DNA from: Candidatus Peregrinibacteria bacterium
GTDB lineage: Bacteria > Patescibacteriota > Gracilibacteria > UBA1369 > UM-FILTER-53-11
DNA length: 42,403 bases
Direction of reading: 5' to 3'
Assembly (NCBI GenBank): GCA_023245725.1
Contig: JAHFJU010000005.1
Location: 1-42,403, forward strand
The notes beneath the pieces were generated by a model that searched no databases, had not been told where the DNA came from, and was given only the letters and a program-made list of their open reading frames with translations. The position numbers and the translations under genes are program-made. Of this stretch, positions 1 through 8,489 are shown in pieces (within the stretch, counting starts at the first letter, position 1; every line of letters begins with the position of its first letter).

Positions 1-2
1 TT

Positions 3-2192
3 GGAGAAATTATGGCGCTTGGCCGTTCATTTGAAGAAGTACTGCAAAAAGGATTACGAATGCTGCAAATTGGCCTTCATGGATTTGTGGCAAATGAAAA
101 AGTATCGTTTGATTTTGCTCCGACGCATGGCAAAAATGCAATTTCAAGAGATGACGAAGAACACAAGAAAGCTCTCGAACAAGCCATAAAAGTACCAACC
201 CCAAAACGCATTGTAGCAATTGCCGCTGCATTGCAGATGGGAATGACAACGCAAAGAATCAACGAATTATCCGGCATAGACGAGTGGTTTTTGATGAAGC
301 TGAAAAATATTATTGAGATGGAGAAAACGCTAGAGAAAACAAGTCTCACAAAAATTTCGCATGATGTTTTGTTGCAGGCGAAAAAATATGGATTTTCAGA
401 TAAACAAATTTCGACACTCACAAAATCGAAAGAATCTGACGTTCGCGCACTACGCAAAAAAACCAAGGTATTGCCGGTAATGAAACAGATCGACACTCTT
501 GCTGCTGAGTTCCCTGCAAACACAAATTATCTTTATGCCACATATCACGGAACAAAGAATGACACAGGCACTATTAACTCGAAAAATCCAAAAGATAAAA
601 ACAAGAAAAAACAGCCGAAGAAAGTTGTTGTTTTGGGAGGGGGAGCATACGCGATAGGCACTTCAGTCGAGTTTGACTGGTGTTCTGTTACAGCAGTACA
701 GACTCTCAAAAAAATGGGATACGAGACGATAATGGTGAACTACAATCCAGAGACTGTTTCTACAGACTATGACATGTGCGACAAATTATATTTTGATGAA
801 CTTTCACTCGAACGGATACTCGACATAGTCGAAGCGGAAAAACCGATTGGCGTTGTAATTTCTACTGGAGGGCAAGTTGCAAACAATCTCGCAATGAAGT
901 TGCATAATGCCGGAGTTAAAATCCTTGGAACAACACCCGAAAATATCGACATGGCAGAAGATCGCCACAAGTTCTCCGCGCTGCTAGATACGCTAGAAAT
1001 AGACCAGCCTCAGTGGAAAGAATTAAAGTCGCTGGAGAGCATTGAGACGTTTGCCGAAAAAGTCGGATACCCGCTTTTAGTACGACCAAGTTACGTGCTT
1101 TCGGGTGCTGCAATGAGCGTTGCGCGCAATAAAGAAGAGCTCGAAGATTACCTTACAAAAGCGACAAATATTTCGACAGATGGAGGCGATGGAAAAACCG
1201 CAAGCTCGGTCGTTGTTAGTAAATTCGAAGTCGGCGCGAAAGAAATTGAGATAGATGCAGTCGCGCATAAAGGCGAAATCGTTATCTACGCGATTTCGGA
1301 ACATATAGAGAATGCCGGCGTTCACTCAGGCGACGCGACCATAGTTCTTCCTCCTCAAAAATTATACTTTGAAACTATTAAGAGAATTAAAAATATTTCA
1401 AAAGCTATTGCAAAAAACCTCAACATTTCTGGGCCGTTCAACATGCAATTTTTGGCAAAAAACAATGACGTTAAAGTGATAGAGTGCAACCTGCGCGCGT
1501 CGCGGAGTTTCCCATTCGCATCGAAGGTTACCGGCTACAACTTTATTGAAATTGCGACATATTCAATGATGAACAATCCTCACATTGAAGAATTGAAAAA
1601 AGTTAAATATGTGACTCTCGACCTTGAACATGTTGGAGTAAAAGCGCCACAGTTTTCATTCTCACGATTGAAGGGCGCCGATCCTGTTTTGGGCGTTGAA
1701 ATGGCTTCTACAGGAGAAGTCGCGTGCTTTGGCGACGACATGTACGAGGCACTTTTAAAGGCGATGATTTCAACAGGATTTGTAATTCCAAAGAAAAATA
1801 TTTTGCTTTCAATCGGACGAATCGAAGATAAAGTTGCATTCTTACCTGCGGCACAACAACTCGTTGAACAAGGATTCAACTTGTTTGCGACAGAAGGTAC
1901 CTCACAATTTTTAGCAGAGAACGGACTCACTTCAACGACGCTGTATAAAGCGCGCGACAAAAAAACTCCGAATATTCTCGATGCAATCAGTGGTAAAAAA
2001 GTTGACCTCGTTATAGACATTCCAAAATCGTACAGCCACGACGAAGTAACCGACGGCTACCTCATTCGTCGCCGCGCTATCGACTCAAATATTCCGCTTA
2101 TAACGAACGTGCAAGTCGCAAAGGCAATTACAGAAGCACTTCGCCGTTACACTCAAGACACGCTGCAAATTAAGCCATGGAGTGGGTACTAA
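3..2192 (+). CDS. carB: carbamoyl-phosphate synthase large subunit, C-terminal ~730 aa (5' end lies upstream of the window)
   Basis: The reading frame is open from the window edge. ALGRSFEEVLQKGLR matches the CarB oligomerisation-domain consensus. A second ATP-grasp half follows (VVVLGGGAYAIGTSVEFDWC, LLVRPSYVLSGAAM, NMQF...VIECNLRASRSFPF), then a C-terminal MGS-like domain. The stop is TAA at 2190-2192. Confidence 0.93.
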   Translation, partial: GEIMALGRSFEEVLQKGLRMLQIGLHGFVANEKVSFDFAPTHGKNAISRDDEEHKKALEQAIKVPTPKRIVAIAAALQMGMTTQRINELSGIDEWFLMKLKNIIEMEKTLEKTSLTKISHDVLLQAKKYGFSDKQISTLTKSKESDVRALRKKTKVLPVMKQIDTLAAEFPANTNYLYATYHGTKNDTGTINSKNPKDKNKKKQPKKVVVLGGGAYAIGTSVEFDWCSVTAVQTLKKMGYETIMVNYNPETVSTDYDMCDKLYFDELSLERILDIVEAEKPIGVVISTGGQVANNLAMKLHNAGVKILGTTPENIDMAEDRHKFSALLDTLEIDQPQWKELKSLESIETFAEKVGYPLLVRPSYVLSGAAMSVARNKEELEDYLTKATNISTDGGDGKTASSVVVSKFEVGAKEIEIDAVAHKGEIVIYAISEHIENAGVHSGDATIVLPPQKLYFETIKRIKNISKAIAKNLNISGPFNMQFLAKNNDVKVIECNLRASRSFPFASKVTGYNFIEIATYSMMNNPHIEELKKVKYVTLDLEHVGVKAPQFSFSRLKGADPVLGVEMASTGEVACFGDDMYEALLKAMISTGFVIPKKNILLSIGRIEDKVAFLPAAQQLVEQGFNLFATEGTSQFLAENGLTSTTLYKARDKKTPNILDAISGKKVDLVIDIPKSYSHDEVTDGYLIRRRAIDSNIPLITNVQVAKAITEALRRYTQDTLQIKPWSGY

Positions 2193-2271
2193 TCTACTTT
2201 TTTATTTATTTTTTGGCTCACATACGGCAAACTAGGCACGCGTCGTGTTTTATCTAACCATATTCGATCAA

Positions 2272-3273
2272 ATGACAATCAAAAACACTCCAAAACTTAA
2301 ATCAGGTCTAGCTCAAATGCTTAAAGGCGGCGTTATTATGGATGTAGTCACTCCCGACCAAGCGGAGATTGCAGAAAAAGCAGGTGCTGTAGCCGTTATG
2401 GCGCTTGAACGTGTTCCATCGGATATTCGTAAAGATGGAGGAGTCGCGCGTATGAGTGACCCGAAAATGATTAAAGGGATTATAAAAGTGTCGTCTATTC
2501 CTGTCATGGCCAAGGTTCGTATCGGTCACTTTGTTGAGGCGCAAATTTTAGAGGCGCTCGGAGTTGATTACATTGATGAATCGGAGGTTCTAACTCCTGC
2601 CGATGAATTTTTTCATGTAGATAAAAGTGCGTTCAAGGTTCCATTTGTATGTGGAGCACGAAACCTTGGTGAGGCGCTTAGACGCGTTCAAGAAGGCGCG
2701 GCAATGATACGTACAAAGGGCGAGGCTGGAACAGGAAACGTTGTAGAGGCCGTTCGTCACATGCGCCAAATGCAGAGCGACATGGCAGAAATTGCAGTTT
2801 TGTGGGAGATGGCTACTGGAAAAAAATCTAAAATTCATGCGCTTGAGACACTAAAGCCGGAGCAATTCCGCGTAGTTCCAGAGGTAAAGGCACGACTTCC
2901 TCTAAAAAAACTAACCACAAAAAAGGCGCGCGAATTACTAAAAGAGCGCGCGAAAGAAATGCGAGTAACTCTTGAACTTGTTGAGTGGGTGGGAGAAAAC
3001 GGCAAACTGCCTGTAGTAAATTTTGCCGCAGGAGGAATTGCGACTCCGGCAGACGCAGCACTTATGATGCAACTTGGCGCTGAAGGTGTGTTTGTAGGCT
3101 CAGGAATTTTCAAATCGGCCGACCCTGCTCTTCGTGCACAGGCGATTGTAAAAGCAACTCTCCACTTTAACGATCCAAAGATAATTGCAGAGGTTTCTGA
3201 AGACCTTGGAGCCTCTATGGAAAGCCAAGAGATCAATAAATTGAAGGATAAGTTTGCCGAAAGAGGGTGGTAG
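2272..3273 (+). CDS. pdxS: pyridoxal 5'-phosphate synthase lyase subunit PdxS, with an enlarged internal segment
   Basis: Motifs seen: [106 protein letters not shown], and a C-terminal ERGW. I prefer the ATG at 2272 over the GTG at 2245. Confidence 0.93.
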   Translation: MTIKNTPKLKSGLAQMLKGGVIMDVVTPDQAEIAEKAGAVAVMALERVPSDIRKDGGVARMSDPKMIKGIIKVSSIPVMAKVRIGHFVEAQILEALGVDYIDESEVLTPADEFFHVDKSAFKVPFVCGARNLGEALRRVQEGAAMIRTKGEAGTGNVVEAVRHMRQMQSDMAEIAVLWEMATGKKSKIHALETLKPEQFRVVPEVKARLPLKKLTTKKARELLKERAKEMRVTLELVEWVGENGKLPVVNFAAGGIATPADAALMMQLGAEGVFVGSGIFKSADPALRAQAIVKATLHFNDPKIIAEVSEDLGASMESQEINKLKDKFAERGW

Positions 3274-3295
3274 ATAGCGAGAAACCCATTCAGCC

Positions 3296-3323
3296 TTGAC
3301 AAACTAAGATCTCAGCGCATAAT
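3296..3323 (+). promoter_or_regulatory. sigma70-like promoter: TTGACA(3296-3301)-16 nt-CATAAT(3318-3323)
   Basis: Read directly from the sequence. It lies in the pdxS-to-next-ORF gap. The upstream block CATTCAGCCTTGACAAA is nearly identical to the block at 4180-4197. Confidence 0.55.
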
Positions 3324-3353
3324 AATGCCCTAAAAATATAACTATTATGTCTC

Positions 3354-3983
3354 ATGCGCAACGAAAGAGATTCGTGGGGAGGAGCAGAAAATTGTCGAGT
3401 TGATGCATTTTTTCCAAGACATTTGCAAGAAATTTTGGCTGGAATTGCTTTTGCGGTTGCTGGGATTGCACATTCAAGTGGGCGGGCTGAAGAGGTGAGG
3501 GAGAGTACAATCGCTTATGTGGCTTCTTCCTGCAAGGATCATAATTTTGATAAAAAAGTATGGGAGCGATATTTGCCCAATGATAAACCAAGTAATAAAT
3601 TTAGAGAAATCACAAGGATTCCTCCTGAATTGATGGCATCTCTTGGAAAGAAAGGGAAGTTTTTTATAATTATGGGAAGTCACGATTGTGCTGCGTGCGC
3701 AATTGCAAAAGAATGGTGGGAAAAAGTTGACCTTGGCGGGTTTTCGCCGATTTATCTTACAACTCGTGGTGGCGAAATAGGGCTTGATGATTATGATAAA
3801 AACTATGCGGATATTGAGTCTTTATTTGGTAAGGGTTTGTTGACTGGGAATCATTTGCCTTATGGTTTTTTAGTTCAGGACGGGAAACTTTTGAAATTTT
3901 CCAATGATGGACTTTGCAATGTGACGAATGATGACAATGGTATTGCTGTTTTCTTGAATAAGCTTGAGGGTAAAGTAAAATAG
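3354..3983 (+). CDS. hypothetical protein with a C-terminal thioredoxin-fold-like domain (CAAC motif); the start is uncertain (alternative ATG at 3633)
   Basis: FFIIMGSHDCAACAIAKEWWEKV (strand, CxxC, helix) followed by HLPYGFLVQDGKLL (a cis-Pro-loop-like element) resembles a thioredoxin fold. The N-terminal 93 aa have no recognisable feature. Confidence 0.45.
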   Translation: MRNERDSWGGAENCRVDAFFPRHLQEILAGIAFAVAGIAHSSGRAEEVRESTIAYVASSCKDHNFDKKVWERYLPNDKPSNKFREITRIPPELMASLGKKGKFFIIMGSHDCAACAIAKEWWEKVDLGGFSPIYLTTRGGEIGLDDYDKNYADIESLFGKGLLTGNHLPYGFLVQDGKLLKFSNDGLCNVTNDDNGIAVFLNKLEGKVK

Positions 3984-4188
3984 TGATTTGGGTATTTTCA
4001 GTTCAACTGTGGCGGCGTTTCGTTTGGGCAATTGAGCGTCGTCCATTGCTATATGAGCTTTATATATTTTAATATTTTCCTGGGAAGACATTTTTACAAT
4101 GATTATTTAGGAGTGTAAAGGGAGCAGCCGAATGGAAGCGATTAATACCTTTTACAGCTTTATAACACCATTTTTTCCGCCATTCGCC

Positions 4189-4219
4189 TTGACAAAGAAT
4201 AGATTCAGTATACTATACT
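4189..4219 (+). promoter_or_regulatory. sigma70-like promoter: TTGACA(4189-4194) with overlapping -10 candidates TACTAT/TATACT (4211-4219)
   Basis: Read directly from the sequence. The ATG at 4226 lies 6-9 nt downstream of the -10 candidates. The block CATTCGCCTTGACAAA is paralogous to 3286-3304. Confidence 0.55.
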
Positions 4220-4225
4220 GCAACT

Positions 4226-5293
4226 ATGGCCAACATACCAGAAAAACGCAATACTGATTTAGAAATACAGACAAGCCTTGAAGCAGACGGTACAGAGCGG
4301 GGTTCTAGTGTTTTAAACACTACAGAAATGAGACCTATAAGGTTTGAATCCTCAAACCAAACGATACTCCCGCCAGCGGCAGTTGCTCCAGTTGATTTCG
4401 AAAAACCAGCGATTGAAAATGCCTCACAAGGTTCTGTAAATCCAAAATCGATAGCCGAAGAACTTAGTGAAAGACTAGCAGCAAAAGTAACAAGAGCTAC
4501 TATTAAACCTAATGCTGAAGACCAAAGCGGTAGGGTTATAAAGCTACCAAATCCTCCTTCACGTAGCGCAATTAGTTTTTTTGAAGCAGTAAAAGCTGCT
4601 GGCGATAATTGCGTAATCGAACATCCATCAGCGCAAAGACAACTTAACGAAGATGAAATACTGAATATAAAGCTAAAATCCAGGCGAGAATTCTTTGAAT
4701 ATTTTATCAATATCCTAAAAAAACTAAAAACTCTCTTAGTAAATCCGGCAGATATGTCGGCAATAGACAGACATGTATTAGAAATTACAACCGCCACAAA
4801 TCACATAATTGATTTTGTTCTACCTGATATCTGCAGCGACCTGCTTACTGAAGGAATTATAACAATGTCAGATAATGACGGCTGGCTAATGTGGAATGAC
4901 CCAATTAAAGCTTCATTAAATGGCAAACCTGTACGCATATCATCAAAACACAAAGACACCGATGGCAACGCCGATGACATATTTGCTATAGAATTAGCAG
5001 ACAAAGGCGACAAGTTTAAAGAAGGAGGTAATCGAATGTTCATTCGTACATCGACAGTTGAAGACGGCATAAAAAAAGAAGGTTACTATTTTTCAATTAC
5101 TGATACATCGACAAACACAACCAGCACCCTTGTATCACTTTCACGTGCAGATACATTCGATGCAAGTAAAGCTGGCCCAAACGGAATAGGCGCAATAGGA
5201 TTAAAGTTTTATCACTTAGCAGTCGCTCTTAACAAAGCCTTAGCTGTTGCCATAGAAAATATAGAAGAACAAAATGCTCAAACCTCAGCCTAA
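4226..5293 (+). CDS. hypothetical protein (355 aa). The N-terminal ~110 aa are low-complexity and probably disordered; there is no signal peptide.
   Basis: It is the longest ORF at this locus and has its own promoter. The antisense ORF 4213-4797 is Ser-rich shadow-like sequence. I recognised no family motif. Confidence 0.6.
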   Translation: MANIPEKRNTDLEIQTSLEADGTERGSSVLNTTEMRPIRFESSNQTILPPAAVAPVDFEKPAIENASQGSVNPKSIAEELSERLAAKVTRATIKPNAEDQSGRVIKLPNPPSRSAISFFEAVKAAGDNCVIEHPSAQRQLNEDEILNIKLKSRREFFEYFINILKKLKTLLVNPADMSAIDRHVLEITTATNHIIDFVLPDICSDLLTEGIITMSDNDGWLMWNDPIKASLNGKPVRISSKHKDTDGNADDIFAIELADKGDKFKEGGNRMFIRTSTVEDGIKKEGYYFSITDTSTNTTSTLVSLSRADTFDASKAGPNGIGAIGLKFYHLAVALNKALAVAIENIEEQNAQTSA

Positions 5294-6543
5294 AAAATAA
5301 TATCGCCAACTAAAAGTGCGCTCAGAATAATCAAAATAATCACAGAGATCCACGCTACAACGTTATACCAAGGCTTGTTCACATACTTTCCCATAAGCCA
5401 TTTTTTATTTACCAGTTTGATAATAAAAATCAAAACCGGGGCTAGCAAAACTCCATTTATAACCTGAGCAACCAGCATGATTTTTACCAATGGAACCGAA
5501 GGAAAAAGCAACGGAATGGCTCCAGAAAGAATCAAAAACGTAAATATTCCATAATACACTGGCGCTTCTTTAAACGTTTTATCTAAACCTGATTCAAATC
5601 CTAATCCTTCACAAACATAATACGCAGTAGCAAGCGGTACAATCATCGCGCCGAGTAAAGAAGCATTTAGTAAACCAATCGCAAATAAATATTCCGCAGC
5701 ATTACCGGCCAACGGCCCAAGTGCCAAAGCGGCATCGGCCGCTGTATCGATTTTAACGCCATTTACAAACAAGGTCGCGGCCGCGGCAATAATTATAAAC
5801 GCTGACACGGTATCAGACATTATTGAGCCTATAATAACGTCCCATTTTGTGTACGAATATTGCTCAACTTTAATTCGTTTCTCAACTGCCGATGCCTGCA
5901 AATAAAATTGCATCCATGGGGCTACAGTTGTTCCGATCAATCCAATTACCAAGAAAATATAATCATGGTCAAAACTCAAAGTTGGCACAAGTGAACCATG
6001 CAAAACAGATGTCCATTGCGGGTGCGCCAAAATCCCTGAAATTATGTATGAAATAAACAAAAACGCACCAACTAAAAATATTTTTTCAGCTACACGATAA
6101 TTGGTTTTTGTAATAACAAGCCAAATCGCAACTGCAGAAAGCGGCACACTTACAAAACGTGGAATGTCGAAAATTTCAAAAGCTCCGGCCACACCGGCGA
6201 ACTCTGCCATTACCGTTGCAATATTAGCCAAAAATAAACCAGACAAAATATAGAACGCAATTCGCGCGCCATATACTTCGCGAATCAAATCAGCTAGACC
6301 TTTGCCAGAAACAACGCCCATACGAGCGCACATCTCTTGAACAATTATCAGCACGACAGTAATAACAATCATCACCCACAAAAGAGAGTAACCATAATGT
6401 GCTCCAGCGACAGAGTAGGTTGTGATTCCACCAGCATCGTTACCGGCAGCGGCGGCAATTATCCCAGGGCCAACGATAGCAAGGAACCCGAGAATCGAAC
6501 GAAATCTATTTTTAAGTGCAGCGAGCATAGAACGATTATTCAT
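5290..6543 (-). CDS. Nramp (SLC11) family transporter with an NRMT-like (Mg2+-type) binding-site signature
   Basis: A multi-pass membrane protein with the Nramp TM1 context GPGIIAAAAGNDAGGITT and the TM6 context IGTTVAPWMQFYLQ. The canonical DPGN / AxxM are replaced by DAGG (6427-6438) and TTVA (5920-5931). I prefer the start ATG at 6543, which overlaps the upstream stop within ATGAATAA. Confidence 0.8.
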   Translation of the reverse strand: MNNRSMLAALKNRFRSILGFLAIVGPGIIAAAAGNDAGGITTYSVAGAHYGYSLLWVMIVITVVLIIVQEMCARMGVVSGKGLADLIREVYGARIAFYILSGLFLANIATVMAEFAGVAGAFEIFDIPRFVSVPLSAVAIWLVITKTNYRVAEKIFLVGAFLFISYIISGILAHPQWTSVLHGSLVPTLSFDHDYIFLVIGLIGTTVAPWMQFYLQASAVEKRIKVEQYSYTKWDVIIGSIMSDTVSAFIIIAAAATLFVNGVKIDTAADAALALGPLAGNAAEYLFAIGLLNASLLGAMIVPLATAYYVCEGLGFESGLDKTFKEAPVYYGIFTFLILSGAIPLLFPSVPLVKIMLVAQVINGVLLAPVLIFIIKLVNKKWLMGKYVNKPWYNVVAWISVIILIILSALLVGDIIF

Positions 6544-7792
6544 TATTTTCTTGCAAAATAGGCAGTACGTCATCGACGGTAATAACACCGACAAGCGCTT
6601 TTTTAGGACCAACAACAGGAATTTCGACCAAGTTGTACTTTGAAAGTTTTTCGATTACTTCATCGACGTGCTCTTTACGACGGACACTAACAGGCTCGTC
6701 TTCTTTTAATAACGAACTCAGCTGGGTATTCGGCTCAGCAAAAATCAAATCGTGAATTGAAATAACTCCTTCAAGCTCATCGGCTGGGCCAACTACATAA
6801 ATTGAATACGCGCGCGCCACTTGGTCTTTCTTTTTTCTCAACTCTTCCAACGCGCGCGCGACTGTTGTACGGCATGATAAAGCCACAAATTCGGTATTCA
6901 TAATACTTCCAGCGGTGTCTTCTTTAAATTTAAGCAGCTCTCGAATTTCTTCAGCATCTCCAAGTTTCATCGCATTCAAAACTTGTCTCATTCGTCGTGC
7001 AGGCAGCTCGGCAACTATGTCGGTAGCAGAATCAGGCGACAGCCTCTCTAGCATTTTACTCAACACTTCATCTTTAAATCGCTCAAGCAATTCTTTTCGC
7101 ACATCCGGCTCAAGCTCTTCAATAGTTCGAGCCATTTGATCCATCGGCAAAGTCTGCAAAATTGAAAGCCGCTCAAACTGATCAAGGTCGCTCACAATGT
7201 CGGCAAGGTCGGCAGGATGCATGCTTTTTAGTTCATCTTGTGCCACATTCAAAGTTATCTGATGCCTTAAACGAGCTGGAAGAGGATCAATATATTTGCT
7301 TGGCAACAACGTGTTCGAAAATCCTTTTTTAAAAAGTGATGCCAAAGAAAGAGCAACACCCTCAAGCCCGATACGCCGTAACAATCCTCTAAAACCAATG
7401 TCTGCCGCCACAACCAATAACTCTCCCTGCACAGCAACAATTTTCACGTCATTCACGCGCACCACACGATGCTCGGCAGTATCTACAATTTGCTGATCAA
7501 GAAAATCTCTCTTTAAACGCAATTCAGTGTCGTCATATTCAATCGGCACAATTTCACTTGGATTTTTTTTCAGCGAAATACTTACAGGATCAGTCTCAAT
7601 AGAACGAACCATGCTCCACGGAACAATTACGCGCTCACCATTTTTCGTGCGAATTCTAACTTTTGTGACTATAAAACTATCTTTATATGGCTTCACTATA
7701 AAATCCCTAAACACTCCATAAACGGCTTCATTCAGGCCATAAACAGGCTTACCAACGAGAGTCGAAAAGAAAAATTCAGAGAAAAAAGACAT
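6536..7792 (-). CDS. soluble PRC-barrel + MgtE N-terminal domain + CBS-pair protein (an MgtE cytoplasmic-sensor-like protein with no membrane domain)
   Basis: LVGKPVYGLNEAVYGVFRDFIV is PRC-barrel-like. PADLADIVSDLDQFERLSILQTLPMDQMARTIEELEPD is MgtE_N-like. Two CBS-like repeats follow (IMNTEFVALS..., VEIPVVGPKKALVGVITVDDVL). No hydrophobic TM region is present. Confidence 0.75.
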   Translation of the reverse strand: MSFFSEFFFSTLVGKPVYGLNEAVYGVFRDFIVKPYKDSFIVTKVRIRTKNGERVIVPWSMVRSIETDPVSISLKKNPSEIVPIEYDDTELRLKRDFLDQQIVDTAEHRVVRVNDVKIVAVQGELLVVAADIGFRGLLRRIGLEGVALSLASLFKKGFSNTLLPSKYIDPLPARLRHQITLNVAQDELKSMHPADLADIVSDLDQFERLSILQTLPMDQMARTIEELEPDVRKELLERFKDEVLSKMLERLSPDSATDIVAELPARRMRQVLNAMKLGDAEEIRELLKFKEDTAGSIMNTEFVALSCRTTVARALEELRKKKDQVARAYSIYVVGPADELEGVISIHDLIFAEPNTQLSSLLKEDEPVSVRRKEHVDEVIEKLSKYNLVEIPVVGPKKALVGVITVDDVLPILQENNE

Positions 7793-7850
7793 AGGAGCTT
7801 GGTTGCTCGGCCATTTTCCTTGTAGAATGCATGCCGTGTCAACACAGAAT

Positions 7851-8489
7851 ATGGTTAAAATAGGAGTATTGGCAATTCAAGGATCGTTCGCGGAACACAT
7901 CGAAGTTTTGTCGCGTATTAATGTTCCAGCTATTGAAGTAAGAACCGTTGAAGAATTAAATTCTGTCGATGGGTTGATAATTCCCGGAGGCGAATCGACG
8001 ACAATAGGAAAATTAATGAAGTACTACGGACTCGACAAAGAGATAATTAAAAGAGCAACATTGCCGTCACGCTCTTCTAAAAACGAACGTGAACTTGGCG
8101 CATCTGCTCTTACAATTTGGGGAACCTGCGCTGGGGCAATTTTGTTGGCGAAACAAGTTGCCGAGCCACGCCCGGACATTTTAGGGCTTCTCGATATTTC
8201 AATTACGCGCAATGCATACGGCCCGCAAATAGAAAGTTTTGAGACCACAATTTCAATACCTAAAATTTCGAAAAAAAAAGTTGGAGCGGTTTTTATTCGG
8301 GCACCAAAAATCACTCGCGTCGGCAAAGGCGTCGAAGTGCTTGGAGTGCTAAAGTTTGGCCAGTATGACGAACCCGTGATTGTACAGTATAATAACCTCC
8401 TCGCATCGACGTTTCACCCTGAACTTACCAACGATACGAGCGTTCACGAATATTTTGTTTCACTCACCAGAACATATGCAAAAAAATAA
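7851..8489 (+). CDS. pdxT: pyridoxal 5'-phosphate synthase glutaminase subunit PdxT
   Basis: Motifs seen: MVKIGVLAIQGSFAEH, GLIIPGGESTTIGKLM, GTCAGAILLA and STFHPELT. I prefer the ATG at 7851 over the TTG at 7803. There is a small insertion before the catalytic Cys. Confidence 0.9.
   Translation: MVKIGVLAIQGSFAEHIEVLSRINVPAIEVRTVEELNSVDGLIIPGGESTTIGKLMKYYGLDKEIIKRATLPSRSSKNERELGASALTIWGTCAGAILLAKQVAEPRPDILGLLDISITRNAYGPQIESFETTISIPKISKKKVGAVFIRAPKITRVGKGVEVLGVLKFGQYDEPVIVQYNNLLASTFHPELTNDTSVHEYFVSLTRTYAKK

Noticed and set aside
2835-3302. A 155-aa minus-strand ORF inside pdxS, and similar antisense ORFs inside carB (77-523, 1580-2020), rny, the LamG gene, the E1 genes and others
   Set aside because: They overlap genes whose products carry unmistakable conserved motifs. 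They are antisense shadow ORFs.
4053-4257. Small ORFs in the 205-nt gap after the thioredoxin-like gene: a 21-aa ORF at 4053-4118, and a 41-aa ORF starting at ATG 4132 with a GGGAG 7 nt upstream. Also the 73-aa minus-strand ORF 3870-4091.
   Set aside because: They are too short to support without comparative data. The 41-aa ORF runs through the promoter and start of the next gene, and the 73-aa ORF overlaps the upstream gene's 3' end.
4213-4797. A 194-aa minus-strand ORF antisense to the 355-aa orphan
   Set aside because: It is shorter than the plus-strand ORF, is Ser/Phe-rich and low-complexity as shadow ORFs typically are, and has no promoter-like sequence. The plus-strand ORF has a consensus promoter.
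8380-8475. N-terminal extensions offered by the ORF track: folE from 8380, rplT from 15119, pdxT from TTG 7803, MNT from 41882, the TrxR-like gene from TTG 23999, the Cys-rich gene from TTG 37218, and the Nramp gene from 6615
   Set aside because: The extensions lack similarity to the respective families, overlap upstream genes or promoters, or begin upstream of the identified -10 box. Internal ATGs give canonical N-termini.
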